In this document: positions 9,311-17,720 of the stretch, in pieces | Layout of the letters: every line of letters begins with the position of its first letter | How positions within the stretch are numbered: position 1 is the stretch's first letter | Source of the DNA: Dehalococcoidia bacterium | GTDB lineage: Bacteria > Chloroflexota > Dehalococcoidia > Plut-88900 | Assembly (NCBI GenBank): GCA_965207225.1 | Contig: CBDBLV010000003.1 | Coordinates: 192,001 to 256,000 of the forward strand | Length of the DNA: 64,000 nt | Reading direction: 5' to 3' | Position numbers and translations under genes: made by a program | Notes under the pieces: model-generated | Database searches by the model: none | What the model was told of the DNA's origin: nothing | The model's input: only the letters and a program-made list of their open reading frames with translations

Positions 9311-10285
9311 ATGGCTGACATGAGCAGGTTCAGCGCGTACATTTACGGTTGGGGCGCGACACCCCCGACCCTCGACTCCCTGACCGACGTGGTTCAGCAG
9401 CTCGACCGGCTGGGGTTCTACTCCGCCGGGTTCCCGTACCACATGACCCTGCCCCACGCCCCCATGTTCGACCGCTTCAGCAGCCACCACCTCTTCGACC
9501 CCCTCGCCCTGCTCCCGGCCCTGTTCGCAGTCACGAAGAATCTGCGACTCGGCATTCACTCCCTCATCCTGCCCGTGCTCCCGCCCTACTTCTGGGCCAA
9601 GAACCTTTCGACCATCGACGTGATCTCGGGAGGTCGGCTGATACCTGGGATGTGCATGGGCTGGTCGCCCGGCGACTTCCACATGGCCGGGGCGGATGAG
9701 CACCACCGGCGCAGGGCCCGGGTCACCGACGAGCAGATGGAGCTGATCACCCGGCTCTGGACCGAGGACGGCGTGACGCACAACGGCCGGTACTACCAGC
9801 TCGAAAACGTCACCCTTGACCCGAAGCCCGCCCAGAAACCCTACCCGCCCATCTGGTACGGCGGCGGCCTGCCCTCCATACCCAGGGCGGCGAAGTACGC
9901 CACCCACATCCTGCCCGCTCCCATGCCCGTCGAAGAGATCAGGGAGCAGTGGGTCCCGGCAATCGAGGCCGAGAACGAGCGGACGGGCGCATCCCTTAAG
10001 ATCAGCCTGATGAACTTCGTCGCCATAGTAGACGACGAAAGCAAGGTGGAGACCGAGATCGTCCCCCAGCTGCGGCAGTGCATACGCCTGACGGCGTCGG
10101 GGGTGCAGCCGGAGGACATGACCATCGTCGGCTCCCCGGAATCGTGTGCAGAGAGGGTCAGGGTGTTCCTCGACGCGGGCGTGGACCACCTACTCCTGGA
10201 CTTCAGCTACCGGGGCTCGGCCTCCCGGGAGCACCAGCGCGAACAGATACAGCGCTTCGCCGAAGAGGTAGCGCCCCTGGTTTAG
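9311..10285 (+). CDS. LLM-class flavin/F420-dependent oxidoreductase
   Basis: DPLALL, TIDVISGGRL, GRYY, PKPAQKPYPPIWYGG, GSPE. Confidence 0.88.
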   Translation: MADMSRFSAYIYGWGATPPTLDSLTDVVQQLDRLGFYSAGFPYHMTLPHAPMFDRFSSHHLFDPLALLPALFAVTKNLRLGIHSLILPVLPPYFWAKNLSTIDVISGGRLIPGMCMGWSPGDFHMAGADEHHRRRARVTDEQMELITRLWTEDGVTHNGRYYQLENVTLDPKPAQKPYPPIWYGGGLPSIPRAAKYATHILPAPMPVEEIREQWVPAIEAENERTGASLKISLMNFVAIVDDESKVETEIVPQLRQCIRLTASGVQPEDMTIVGSPESCAERVRVFLDAGVDHLLLDFSYRGSASREHQREQIQRFAEEVAPLV

Positions 10286-10321
10286 CGCGAGATTGTCCTG
10301 AAAGAACCCTTCTTCCTTCCC

Positions 10322-10439
10322 CCAGTACCGAACTAGAGGCCGACGTGTGTCCAGAGCAAGCACGTCGGCCTCTGTTCTTCTCTCCCCCTCTCCCTTAATG
10401 GCCCTAAGGGAGAGGGGGACCAAGGCGATGAGGCTTCCC
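10322..10439 (+). repeat. Composite double-hairpin repeat, copy 1 (others at 24693-24770 and 63390-63532)
   Basis: CCAGTACCGAACT, 13-bp perfect stem (10335-10373), GTTCTTCTCT, then 14-bp stem CCCCCTCTCCCTTA/TAAGGGAGAGGGGG; may terminate the LLM gene. Confidence 0.75.
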
Positions 10440-10486
10440 CCGGGGGCTCGGGGGCAAACTCCCCCAAAACTGCCCCCTTTGCCCTA

Positions 10487-10514
10487 TTGACAAATATGCT
10501 ATAAGTTCTATACT
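10487..10514 (+). promoter_or_regulatory. Near-consensus sigma70 promoter
   Basis: TTGACA (10487-10492), 16 nt, TATACT (10509-10514), upstream of ATG 10529. Confidence 0.6.
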
Positions 10515-10528
10515 AACGTTCAGACCGA

Positions 10529-11656
10529 ATGTCTACACCCAAACTTCACAACAAACCATTGTCAATAGACCATCGCCCTTCCAATGGGGCGTCCGCTCAA
10601 GAGGCGGCTGATCTCCCCCCGGGGCCCGACCTGTCCCCGGATGCCCGCGGTCCTGCGCCGCGGAAGAACCCCCGAGGCCCGGCGTCCCCCGACGCGATCC
10701 TCACGACCTCGGATGCCTGCGGCAACCTACCGCAGAAGAAGACCCGCACCCCCGCTCCTGTACGTCAGGAGCGCAGTCGACGCGGAAGACCGTACCCGCA
10801 AAACCGCGATGGGTCCGGTAATGCCGGCTTAGCCGAAGGCTCGTTGCCGCGTCTGGCCCCCGAGGGCCGGGGCTTCGAGCAGGAGATTACTCTCCTGCGT
10901 TCCATGATCAACCGCCTCTTGAGCAGGCGCCCCCTGGACCACACCTACATCTCCCGCTACATGCGGCTCCTCATCCAGGCCCAGTCCGCCCAGTCCAGGG
11001 CCCCCAAGGAGCTCACCGACGAGCAGGAAGTCGACTCCCTCATCAAGAAGCTCTTCTACAAGAGGGTCGAGGACAGCCAACTCTCCTTCTTCGACCTCCT
11101 GCCCATACGCACCGCCAGGCCCGGCGAGAAGTGGTGGCCGTGGAGACAGCTGATGTCCGTGGAAGAACGACGCCGGGACGGCCTCATCGGCCCTGAAGAC
11201 CGCTGGCCCCGAGAAGTGGACGAATACCTCGATGAAAAGGCAGCCCATGAAGCTGAAATGGCGGCCTTTAGAGCAGAGACGTGGAGAGACATGGAAGCGG
11301 TCCTTGACGGCATGTTCGCCCGTGACCCCGTCCTCAGCAACCTCCATGACCCGGACGAAGAATCCGCTAACCCCGACGACGATGACTATGACCCCGATGA
11401 CCCGGACCCCTCCCCTTCCGACCCCGATTACGAAGACACAGATGACGAACTCCCACCCGACTTGACCGTAATCCCCGCGGATGTGGGAACCCCGAACTGC
11501 GAAGAAATGGGTCCAATCCCATCCCCTGTAGGGGTGCCCCTCGTGGGTACCCTGGACGCTGCCCACGCCGATACCGGCCGGTCGCCCGGTTGGGCCGACC
11601 ACGCTCCGCCCCCCAACCCCAAACCCCGCATCGCCAGAGGCCGCCCCCCGCCCTGA
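10529..11656 (+). CDS. Hypothetical protein: disordered ends, helical core, acidic tail with in-frame palindromic repeats
   Basis: 375-codon ORF behind a good promoter; core GFEQEITLLRSMINRLL; no family confidently recognised. Confidence 0.6.
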   Translation: MSTPKLHNKPLSIDHRPSNGASAQEAADLPPGPDLSPDARGPAPRKNPRGPASPDAILTTSDACGNLPQKKTRTPAPVRQERSRRGRPYPQNRDGSGNAGLAEGSLPRLAPEGRGFEQEITLLRSMINRLLSRRPLDHTYISRYMRLLIQAQSAQSRAPKELTDEQEVDSLIKKLFYKRVEDSQLSFFDLLPIRTARPGEKWWPWRQLMSVEERRRDGLIGPEDRWPREVDEYLDEKAAHEAEMAAFRAETWRDMEAVLDGMFARDPVLSNLHDPDEESANPDDDDYDPDDPDPSPSDPDYEDTDDELPPDLTVIPADVGTPNCEEMGPIPSPVGVPLVGTLDAAHADTGRSPGWADHAPPPNPKPRIARGRPPP

Positions 11657-11707
11657 GCGAAATAACCCGCGCCCAAAACACAATAACGGGCATTGCCCCA
11701 CCCTCAT

Positions 11708-11734
11708 GTCATTCCGAACGGCAGTGAGGAATCC
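11708..11734. repeat. REP-like palindrome GTCATTCCGA..GAGGAATC
   Basis: Reverse-orientation relatives at 43524-43553 and 62042-62073. Confidence 0.7.
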
Positions 11735-11884
11735 GGGGAAGTGGGGTGCAGGTCTGGCAATGCACCTGGACGTTCACCATCACTCCTCCCTCGTAGGGAT
11801 GACCGCGCCCTCTCCCCCTGAACCCCCGCAACGGCCCCTGCGATATAATCGCCCCAGGGAAGGCGCACCATCGGAGGGAACGGC

Positions 11885-13012
11885 ATGGCGGACTACAGGG
11901 TAATTTCATCGGACAATCACATCGTCGAGCCTCCGGACCTGTGGGAGAAGAGGATGGAACCGGAGTTCAGGGACCAGGCCCCGGCCATGCGAGAAACGGA
12001 GATGGGCCCCTTCTGGTTCGTTGAAGACCGGCCTACCTTCAACATCACCAGCATGGCCAGCCAGGCCGGGAGGCGGTTCGAGGACGCCGATTCGCTGCAG
12101 ACCGTCGACTCCTGGGAGAACGCCAGGCTCGGGGCTTACATCCCGGAGGAGGCCATCAAGGACATGAACCTGGACGGGATAGACGTCGGGGTCGTCTACC
12201 CCAGCCTTACCATCTTCCTGTACGCCTTCGTCGAAGGAAGCGACCTGCTCTCGGCCATCCTCAGAGCCTACAACAACTTCGCCGCCGAGTACTGCCAGGC
12301 CGTCCCCCGTCGCCTCAAGGGCGTCGCAACCATTAACATCGACGACGTGTCGGACGGCGTCGCCGAACTGGAACGCTGTGCGAAGATGGGCTTCGTCGGA
12401 GCGGCCATCCCCGAATACATGTCCGCCCGACCCTACTTCGACGAGGCCAACGAGCCCCTGTGGGCCGCGGCCCAGGACCTGGACATGCCCCTCGGCCTTC
12501 ACATCTCCACGGCCAGGGTCAAGGCCGGCCGGGGGTGGGACCGGGAGCTTGACGCCTTCGGCTTTGCCAACCTTATGCTGGACAATGCAGACTTCTGGGT
12601 CCGGGTCTCCCTGACCGAGATGATCCTCAGCGGCGTTTTCGAACGCTACCCGAAGCTGAAGGTCGGGGTCGCCGAGCACGAGCTGAACTGGGTGCCCTAC
12701 TGGATGGAGCGCATGGACTACAGCTACAACGAGCGGGCGGCAGGACGGGCGGGGTTCAGGCTGAAGAACGACATGGTCCCCAGCGACGTCTTCCACTCGA
12801 ACTGCTTCGTCGACTTCCAGGAGGACGCCCTCGGCATCACCCACCGCGACATCATAGGCGTGGACAACATCCTCTGGGGCTCCGACTACCCCCACACCGA
12901 GGGCACCTTCCCCAAGTCCCGGGAGTTCATCGAGACCACCCTGGTCAACTGCACGCAGGAGGAGAAGGAGAAGATCGTGGCGGGCAACGCCGCCCGTATC
13001 TACAACCTCTAG
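11885..13012 (+). CDS. Amidohydrolase_2 family protein
   Basis: ISSDNHIVEPPDLW, LGLH, GVFERYPKLK, WGSDYPHTEGTFP. Confidence 0.92.
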   Translation: MADYRVISSDNHIVEPPDLWEKRMEPEFRDQAPAMRETEMGPFWFVEDRPTFNITSMASQAGRRFEDADSLQTVDSWENARLGAYIPEEAIKDMNLDGIDVGVVYPSLTIFLYAFVEGSDLLSAILRAYNNFAAEYCQAVPRRLKGVATINIDDVSDGVAELERCAKMGFVGAAIPEYMSARPYFDEANEPLWAAAQDLDMPLGLHISTARVKAGRGWDRELDAFGFANLMLDNADFWVRVSLTEMILSGVFERYPKLKVGVAEHELNWVPYWMERMDYSYNERAAGRAGFRLKNDMVPSDVFHSNCFVDFQEDALGITHRDIIGVDNILWGSDYPHTEGTFPKSREFIETTLVNCTQEEKEKIVAGNAARIYNL

Positions 13013-13042
13013 GAAGCCCTAAACTGTTTGTAGATGGCATCT

Positions 13043-13209
13043 GACGCATACCCAGATTAGATGCGTCCGCCCCTGCTCATACTTCGAGGGCTCAGCATGA
13101 GCGGCCTCACGCCTCCGGGGAGGGCGACCAGCCGGTCGCCCCTACGGGGAAGGAGGGCCCTTCCACACCACCCCGCGGAATGGATTCCCGATCGGAGTCG
13201 GGAATGACG
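13043..13209. repeat. Cluster of several REP-like palindromes
   Basis: GACGCAT..ATGCGTC; CTTCGA..CTCAGCATGAGCGG; AGGGCGACC..GGTCGCCCCTAC; GGATTCCCGATCGGAGTCGGGAATGAC (13182-13208). Confidence 0.75.
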
Positions 13210-13221
13210 ATGGGAGGCGTA

Positions 13222-14367
13222 CTACCGGGTGGCTTCTTCGATGTCGCTCATCGAAAGCTCGATGCCGAAGCCCGGCGCGTCCGAAGGCACCAGCATTCCG
13301 TCCCTGGGGAAGGCCATTCCGGGGTTGGTGCGGTAGCCGTCGTGCATCGGCTCACCGGGAGCGGTGATGATAAGGAACTCGGCCCACGTGCACACGGACA
13401 TGCCGAAGGCCAGGTGCTGGCCGTAGGAGTCTCCACCCGCAAGGTGGGGCATGACCTGGATTCCGGCGGCCTCCGCCACGTTGCATATCTTCACCGCGGC
13501 AGTCATGCCTCCCACGTAGCAGATGTCGGGCTGCATGATGTCGACTAGGTGCCCGGCGGCTGCGGCGGAGAAGGGCGCAAGCATGTACCACCTCTCACCC
13601 GAGGCCAGGGTCTGCCACGGGAGTCTCTGCCGCACCGAACGGTACCCCTCCAGGTCTTCCGGCAGCAGGTAGTCCTCCATCCACTTCAGGCGGTAGGGGC
13701 GCAGCCGCTCGGCGAGCCGGACGATGAAGTCCTGGTCTGAGCTTATGGCGTAGCAGTCGAGCATTAGCTCCCGGTCGGGGCCGAGGGACTCGCGCGCTGA
13801 GGCGACCATCTCCTCGGTCTCGCCGATGATGGTGGGGGCATGGGTGTCGGTGGCGGACAGGCCGAGCTTCGCCGCCCCGAACCCGAGCTCCTTGATCCAT
13901 TCGATATCGAAGCCGGTGGCGTAGCAGAAGAGGGCTTCCCTGGTCGGACCCCCGAGCAGTTCGTAGACGGGCTTGCCCAGCAGCTTGGCCTTCAGGTCCC
14001 ACAGGGCGAGGTCCACGGCGCTGATGGCGTACCCAGCGAGGCCTGCTGCGCTGTAGTGGACTGAGGAGTCGACCATCAGGGTCCAGAGCTTCTCGGTGGC
14101 CATGCAGTTCTCGCCGGTCAGGAAGCCGGCGTAGTGGTCGTTGATAATGGACGCGACGGGTCCGGCATTGCTGGTCATGCCCAGGCCCCAGGTGCCGTCC
14201 TCGGCAGTGACCACGCAGGCGACGTGGCCCCAGGTCGGAAACCGGGGGGGAGACCAGACGGAACCTCGGTCGAAGATCTCGCCATACCAGTCTGCCTTGG
14301 GTGTCTCGGGGCCGCGGAGGACCCTGTCGTTGGTAATGGGGGCCGCGTGGACGGACTTGATTTTCAT
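13222..14367 (-). CDS. Mandelate racemase/enolase superfamily protein, L-rhamnonate dehydratase-like
   Basis: ISAVDLALWDL.AK..G.PVYELLGG, YATG, LMLDC, WMED, GE, QPD, PH, PGFG. Confidence 0.85.
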   Translation of the reverse strand: MKIKSVHAAPITNDRVLRGPETPKADWYGEIFDRGSVWSPPRFPTWGHVACVVTAEDGTWGLGMTSNAGPVASIINDHYAGFLTGENCMATEKLWTLMVDSSVHYSAAGLAGYAISAVDLALWDLKAKLLGKPVYELLGGPTREALFCYATGFDIEWIKELGFGAAKLGLSATDTHAPTIIGETEEMVASARESLGPDRELMLDCYAISSDQDFIVRLAERLRPYRLKWMEDYLLPEDLEGYRSVRQRLPWQTLASGERWYMLAPFSAAAAGHLVDIMQPDICYVGGMTAAVKICNVAEAAGIQVMPHLAGGDSYGQHLAFGMSVCTWAEFLIITAPGEPMHDGYRTNPGMAFPRDGMLVPSDAPGFGIELSMSDIEEATR

Positions 14368-14475
14368 GGGTAGGTCGTCCTTTCGTGGGCGGCAATTGCC
14401 GTGGTCCTATTGTAAGGGCGCGAAGGAATGGAGACCACAAGGGTCACCGTCCCAGGACAAGGGACAGGCTGGAGC

Positions 14476-15681
14476 TTAAAGAAGGAGGCTGGAGGGTCTT
14501 TCCAGGTAGCCCTTGATCTCGTTGACGAACTGGGCGGCCTCGGCGCCGTTTACCACGCGGTGGTCGGCGGAGATGGTGCACTGCATGATGTCGGCGACGG
14601 TTATCTGTCCGTCCCGCACCACGGGTTGGCTCGTGACGCTCCCGACTGCGATGCTCGCGCTCTGCCGCGGGTTAATGATGGCTATGAAGCTGTCAACCTG
14701 GAACATGCCGAGGTTGCTGATGGCGACTGTGGCCTCGGTGTACTCCTCGGGCTTGAGGACTCCGTTGCGGGCGCGGGTGCTGAGGTCTCGACTGGCCACC
14801 GAGATCTCCTTCAGCGTCTTGCTCCCACAGTCCAGGATGGCAGGTGCTATGAGGCCGTCCTCCAGGGCTATGGCCACGCCGATGTTGATGGCCGGGCCGG
14901 GCTGGATAGCGCCGTCCGAGTAGTGGGAGTTGAAGGCGGGGAACCTGGCAAGCGCCAGCGCCGAGGCCTTGATTATCAGGTCGTTGACGGTGAGGCGGGC
15001 CTCGCCGGTCCATAGCTCGTTGAGCTCTTCCCGCAATGCCATGGCTTTTGTCATGTCTATGCTGGCAGTCACGTAGAAGTGGGGCATTTCCTGCTTGCTC
15101 TGGGTCATGCGCCGGGCGATGGTCTGGCGCATCCGGGAGAGCTCGACGACCTCACCTGCAGCCGTGGGTGCGGGGGCCGGAGCAGGGCTGGACGCTTCGG
15201 CCGCGGCCAGGACATCCTCCTTGGTAATCCGGCCCTTAGGTCCGGTGCCCGTGACCGTGGACAGATCGACACCCTTCTCATCGGCGATGCGTCGGGCCAG
15301 GGGGGACACCAGGACGCGGTCACCCTTGGGTGCAGCAGCAGGAGGAGCTTCCGCTGCAGGAGGCGCCGGGTCTGGTTTGGAGGATTCGACTGCGGTCGGG
15401 GGTGGGGAGGGGGAGGTTGTGTCCAGGTCGGCGATCTCCTCGTCTGCGGCGCCGATTATGCCTATGACCTGGCCTACGGGGACGGTGATGCCCTCAGTGA
15501 CGACGATGCGGCGCAGGAGGCCGGAAGCGAAGGACTCCACTTCAACGGTGGCCTTGTCGGTTTCCACCTCAACTATGGGCTCGCCCCTGTCAACGTGATC
15601 GCCCTCGGCCTTCAGCCAACGAACGACTGTGCCCTCCTCCATGTCGAAGCCCATCTGGGGCATTATCACGTCAGTGGCCAA
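14476..15681 (-). CDS. pdhC: Pyruvate dehydrogenase E2 (dihydrolipoamide acetyltransferase)
   Basis: Lipoyl domain VETDKA, E3-binding SPLARR..GTGPKGRI, ISNLGM, DHRVV. Confidence 0.93.
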   Translation of the reverse strand: MATDVIMPQMGFDMEEGTVVRWLKAEGDHVDRGEPIVEVETDKATVEVESFASGLLRRIVVTEGITVPVGQVIGIIGAADEEIADLDTTSPSPPPTAVESSKPDPAPPAAEAPPAAAPKGDRVLVSPLARRIADEKGVDLSTVTGTGPKGRITKEDVLAAAEASSPAPAPAPTAAGEVVELSRMRQTIARRMTQSKQEMPHFYVTASIDMTKAMALREELNELWTGEARLTVNDLIIKASALALARFPAFNSHYSDGAIQPGPAINIGVAIALEDGLIAPAILDCGSKTLKEISVASRDLSTRARNGVLKPEEYTEATVAISNLGMFQVDSFIAIINPRQSASIAVGSVTSQPVVRDGQITVADIMQCTISADHRVVNGAEAAQFVNEIKGYLERPSSLLL

Positions 15682-15737
15682 GGGTCTGCCTCCTTTGAAA
15701 TAGCTGCAAGTGCGACGATATGGAATGGACTGTGTGG

Positions 15738-16712
15738 CTAGAAAAGGCGGTGAACAGCCTCAATGACCCGGTCTTCGTCCGGCATAACGGCCTGTTCCAA
15801 GGGTCGGGCGTAGGGCATGGGGACATCCAAGGATGCTACCCGCTGGACGGGGGCATCCAGGTATTCAAGGGCGTTCTCCATGATCCGCGCCGATACCTCT
15901 GCGCCTATGCCCATGGGCTTCCAGCCCTCCTCCACGACAACTGCCCGGCTGGTCTTTTGGACTGACTGGACTATGGTCTCGGTGTCCATGGGGCGGAGGC
16001 AACGGAGGTCTACTACCTCGGCCTCAATGCCCTCATGGGACAGCCTTTCCGCAGCCTTGAGAGAGACGTGTGTCATGCGGGAATAGGTGATGATGGTGAC
16101 GTTGTCGCCTGTTCGCTTCACGTCGGCCTTGCCGAAGGGGATTGTGAAGTCGGGGTCGTCGTTGACTTCACCCTTGGCCCCGTAGAGGAGGGAGTGTTCG
16201 ATGAACATCACGGTGTTGGGGTCCCGGTAGGCGGTCCTGAAGAGGCCCATGGCGTCGGAGGGGGTGGAGGGAGCGACGACAAAGAGGCCCGGGACGTGAG
16301 CATACCATCCCTCCAGGCTCTGGGAGTGAGAGGCGGCAAGCTGGTTGCCGCCACCGCTGACCGTTCGGATGACCAGGGGCACGGTGACCTGACCGCCGGA
16401 CATGTAGTGGAGCTTGGCGGCGCTGTTGACAATCTGGTCTATGGCCAGAAGGCTGAAGTTGATGGTCATCAGCTCGACGATGGGTCGGGCGCCGCCCATG
16501 GCTGCGCCTATGCCCGCCCCAACGATCACCGACTCTGATATGGGCGTGTCTTTGATGCGCTCGGGGCCGTACTTGTCGAGGAAGCCGCGGGTCACGGCGT
16601 AGGCGCCTTCGTAGGTGCCGATGTCCTCGCCCATCATGAAGGCGCGTGGATCGGAGTCGAGGGTCTCCTTCAAGACTCGACTGATGGCCTTTCTGTAGGT
16701 GATGGATGCCAT
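15738..16712 (-). CDS. pdhB: Pyruvate dehydrogenase E1 beta
   Basis: GEDIG, DTPISES, HSQSLE, EVVDLRCLRPMD. Confidence 0.95.
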   Translation of the reverse strand: MASITYRKAISRVLKETLDSDPRAFMMGEDIGTYEGAYAVTRGFLDKYGPERIKDTPISESVIVGAGIGAAMGGARPIVELMTINFSLLAIDQIVNSAAKLHYMSGGQVTVPLVIRTVSGGGNQLAASHSQSLEGWYAHVPGLFVVAPSTPSDAMGLFRTAYRDPNTVMFIEHSLLYGAKGEVNDDPDFTIPFGKADVKRTGDNVTIITYSRMTHVSLKAAERLSHEGIEAEVVDLRCLRPMDTETIVQSVQKTSRAVVVEEGWKPMGIGAEVSARIMENALEYLDAPVQRVASLDVPMPYARPLEQAVMPDEDRVIEAVHRLF

Positions 16713-16720
16713 ACCTTGAA

Positions 16721-17701
16721 CTATGCGTAAACGTCGTCGTAGATGGCTTCGTGGGGCAGGACCGGGCTGGACTCGGCGAAGTCGACCGCATCGTTGATAA
16801 TCTCTTCGACTTCGGCCTCGATGGCCTGCATCTCGGCTTCATCCAGCAAACCGAGCTCTTCCATGTGGCGCTTCATACGGATGATAGGGCCCTTGTTGCG
16901 CCACTCCTCTTCCTCGGTCTTCTTGCGGTAGACCATGGGGTCGGCCATGGAGTGGCCACGGAAGCGGTAGGTCATGGCCTCGATGAAGGTCGGGCCCTGG
17001 CCTTTGCGGGCCCGGTCCACTGCTTCCCTAGTGGCGTCCATAACTTCGAATACGTCCATGCCGTCTATCTTGCCGGGCGTGTTCATGCCGTAGACAGGGG
17101 CGAAGCGGAAGATGTCGGTTCCGGCGAAGGTGTCCTGTATAGGCGACCCCATACCGTAGCCGTTGTTCTCGCAGAGGAAGACTACTGGAAGGTTCCAGAG
17201 GGCGGCCAGGTTGAGGGATTCGTGGAACTCACCTTCGTTGACGGCGCCATCGCCGAAGAAGCAGAGGGTCACGCTGTCATTGCCCAGGTGTTGGGCCGCT
17301 AGCCCGAGGCCCGCGGCGATGGGCATCATGCCCCCGACAATGGCGTAGCCCCCGAGGAATCCCAGTTCGGCGTTGAAGAGGTGCATTGAGCCGCCCTTGC
17401 CCTTACTGGTACCCCCGGACCGGCCAAAGAGCTCGGCCATGACCCGGCGGGGCTCCATGCCCCGGGCAAGGGCATGTCCATGTTCGCGGTAGTGGCTGAC
17501 TATGTAGTCCTGGGGTTGCAGGGTGGAGATGGAGCCAACGGCGATAGCTTCTTCTCCAATGTAGAGATGCAGAAAGCCGCCGATTTTGCCTCTCATGTAC
17601 ATCTCGGCGGCCTTTTCCTCGAACCTGCGGATGAGCAGCATCTGCCGGAGGAGGTCCGTATACTGCCATTTTTCCATGATGGGTTTGCTGAGTACTTTCA
17701 T
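16721..17701 (-). CDS. pdhA: Pyruvate dehydrogenase E1 alpha
   Basis: GFLHLYIGEEA, GKGGSMH, GDGA..N TPP motif, YRFRGHSMADP; SD GGAGG supports ATG 17701. Confidence 0.95.
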   Translation of the reverse strand: MKVLSKPIMEKWQYTDLLRQMLLIRRFEEKAAEMYMRGKIGGFLHLYIGEEAIAVGSISTLQPQDYIVSHYREHGHALARGMEPRRVMAELFGRSGGTSKGKGGSMHLFNAELGFLGGYAIVGGMMPIAAGLGLAAQHLGNDSVTLCFFGDGAVNEGEFHESLNLAALWNLPVVFLCENNGYGMGSPIQDTFAGTDIFRFAPVYGMNTPGKIDGMDVFEVMDATREAVDRARKGQGPTFIEAMTYRFRGHSMADPMVYRKKTEEEEWRNKGPIIRMKRHMEELGLLDEAEMQAIEAEVEEIINDAVDFAESSPVLPHEAIYDDVYA

Positions 17702-17720
17702 GGCCTCCTCCCGTGAACCT

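Noticed and set aside
14540-14570. PdhC DHRVVNG in place of DHRxxDG as an inactive E2
   Set aside because: The Asn variant is known in functional E2 enzymes (e.g. Azotobacter), and the catalytic His is intact.
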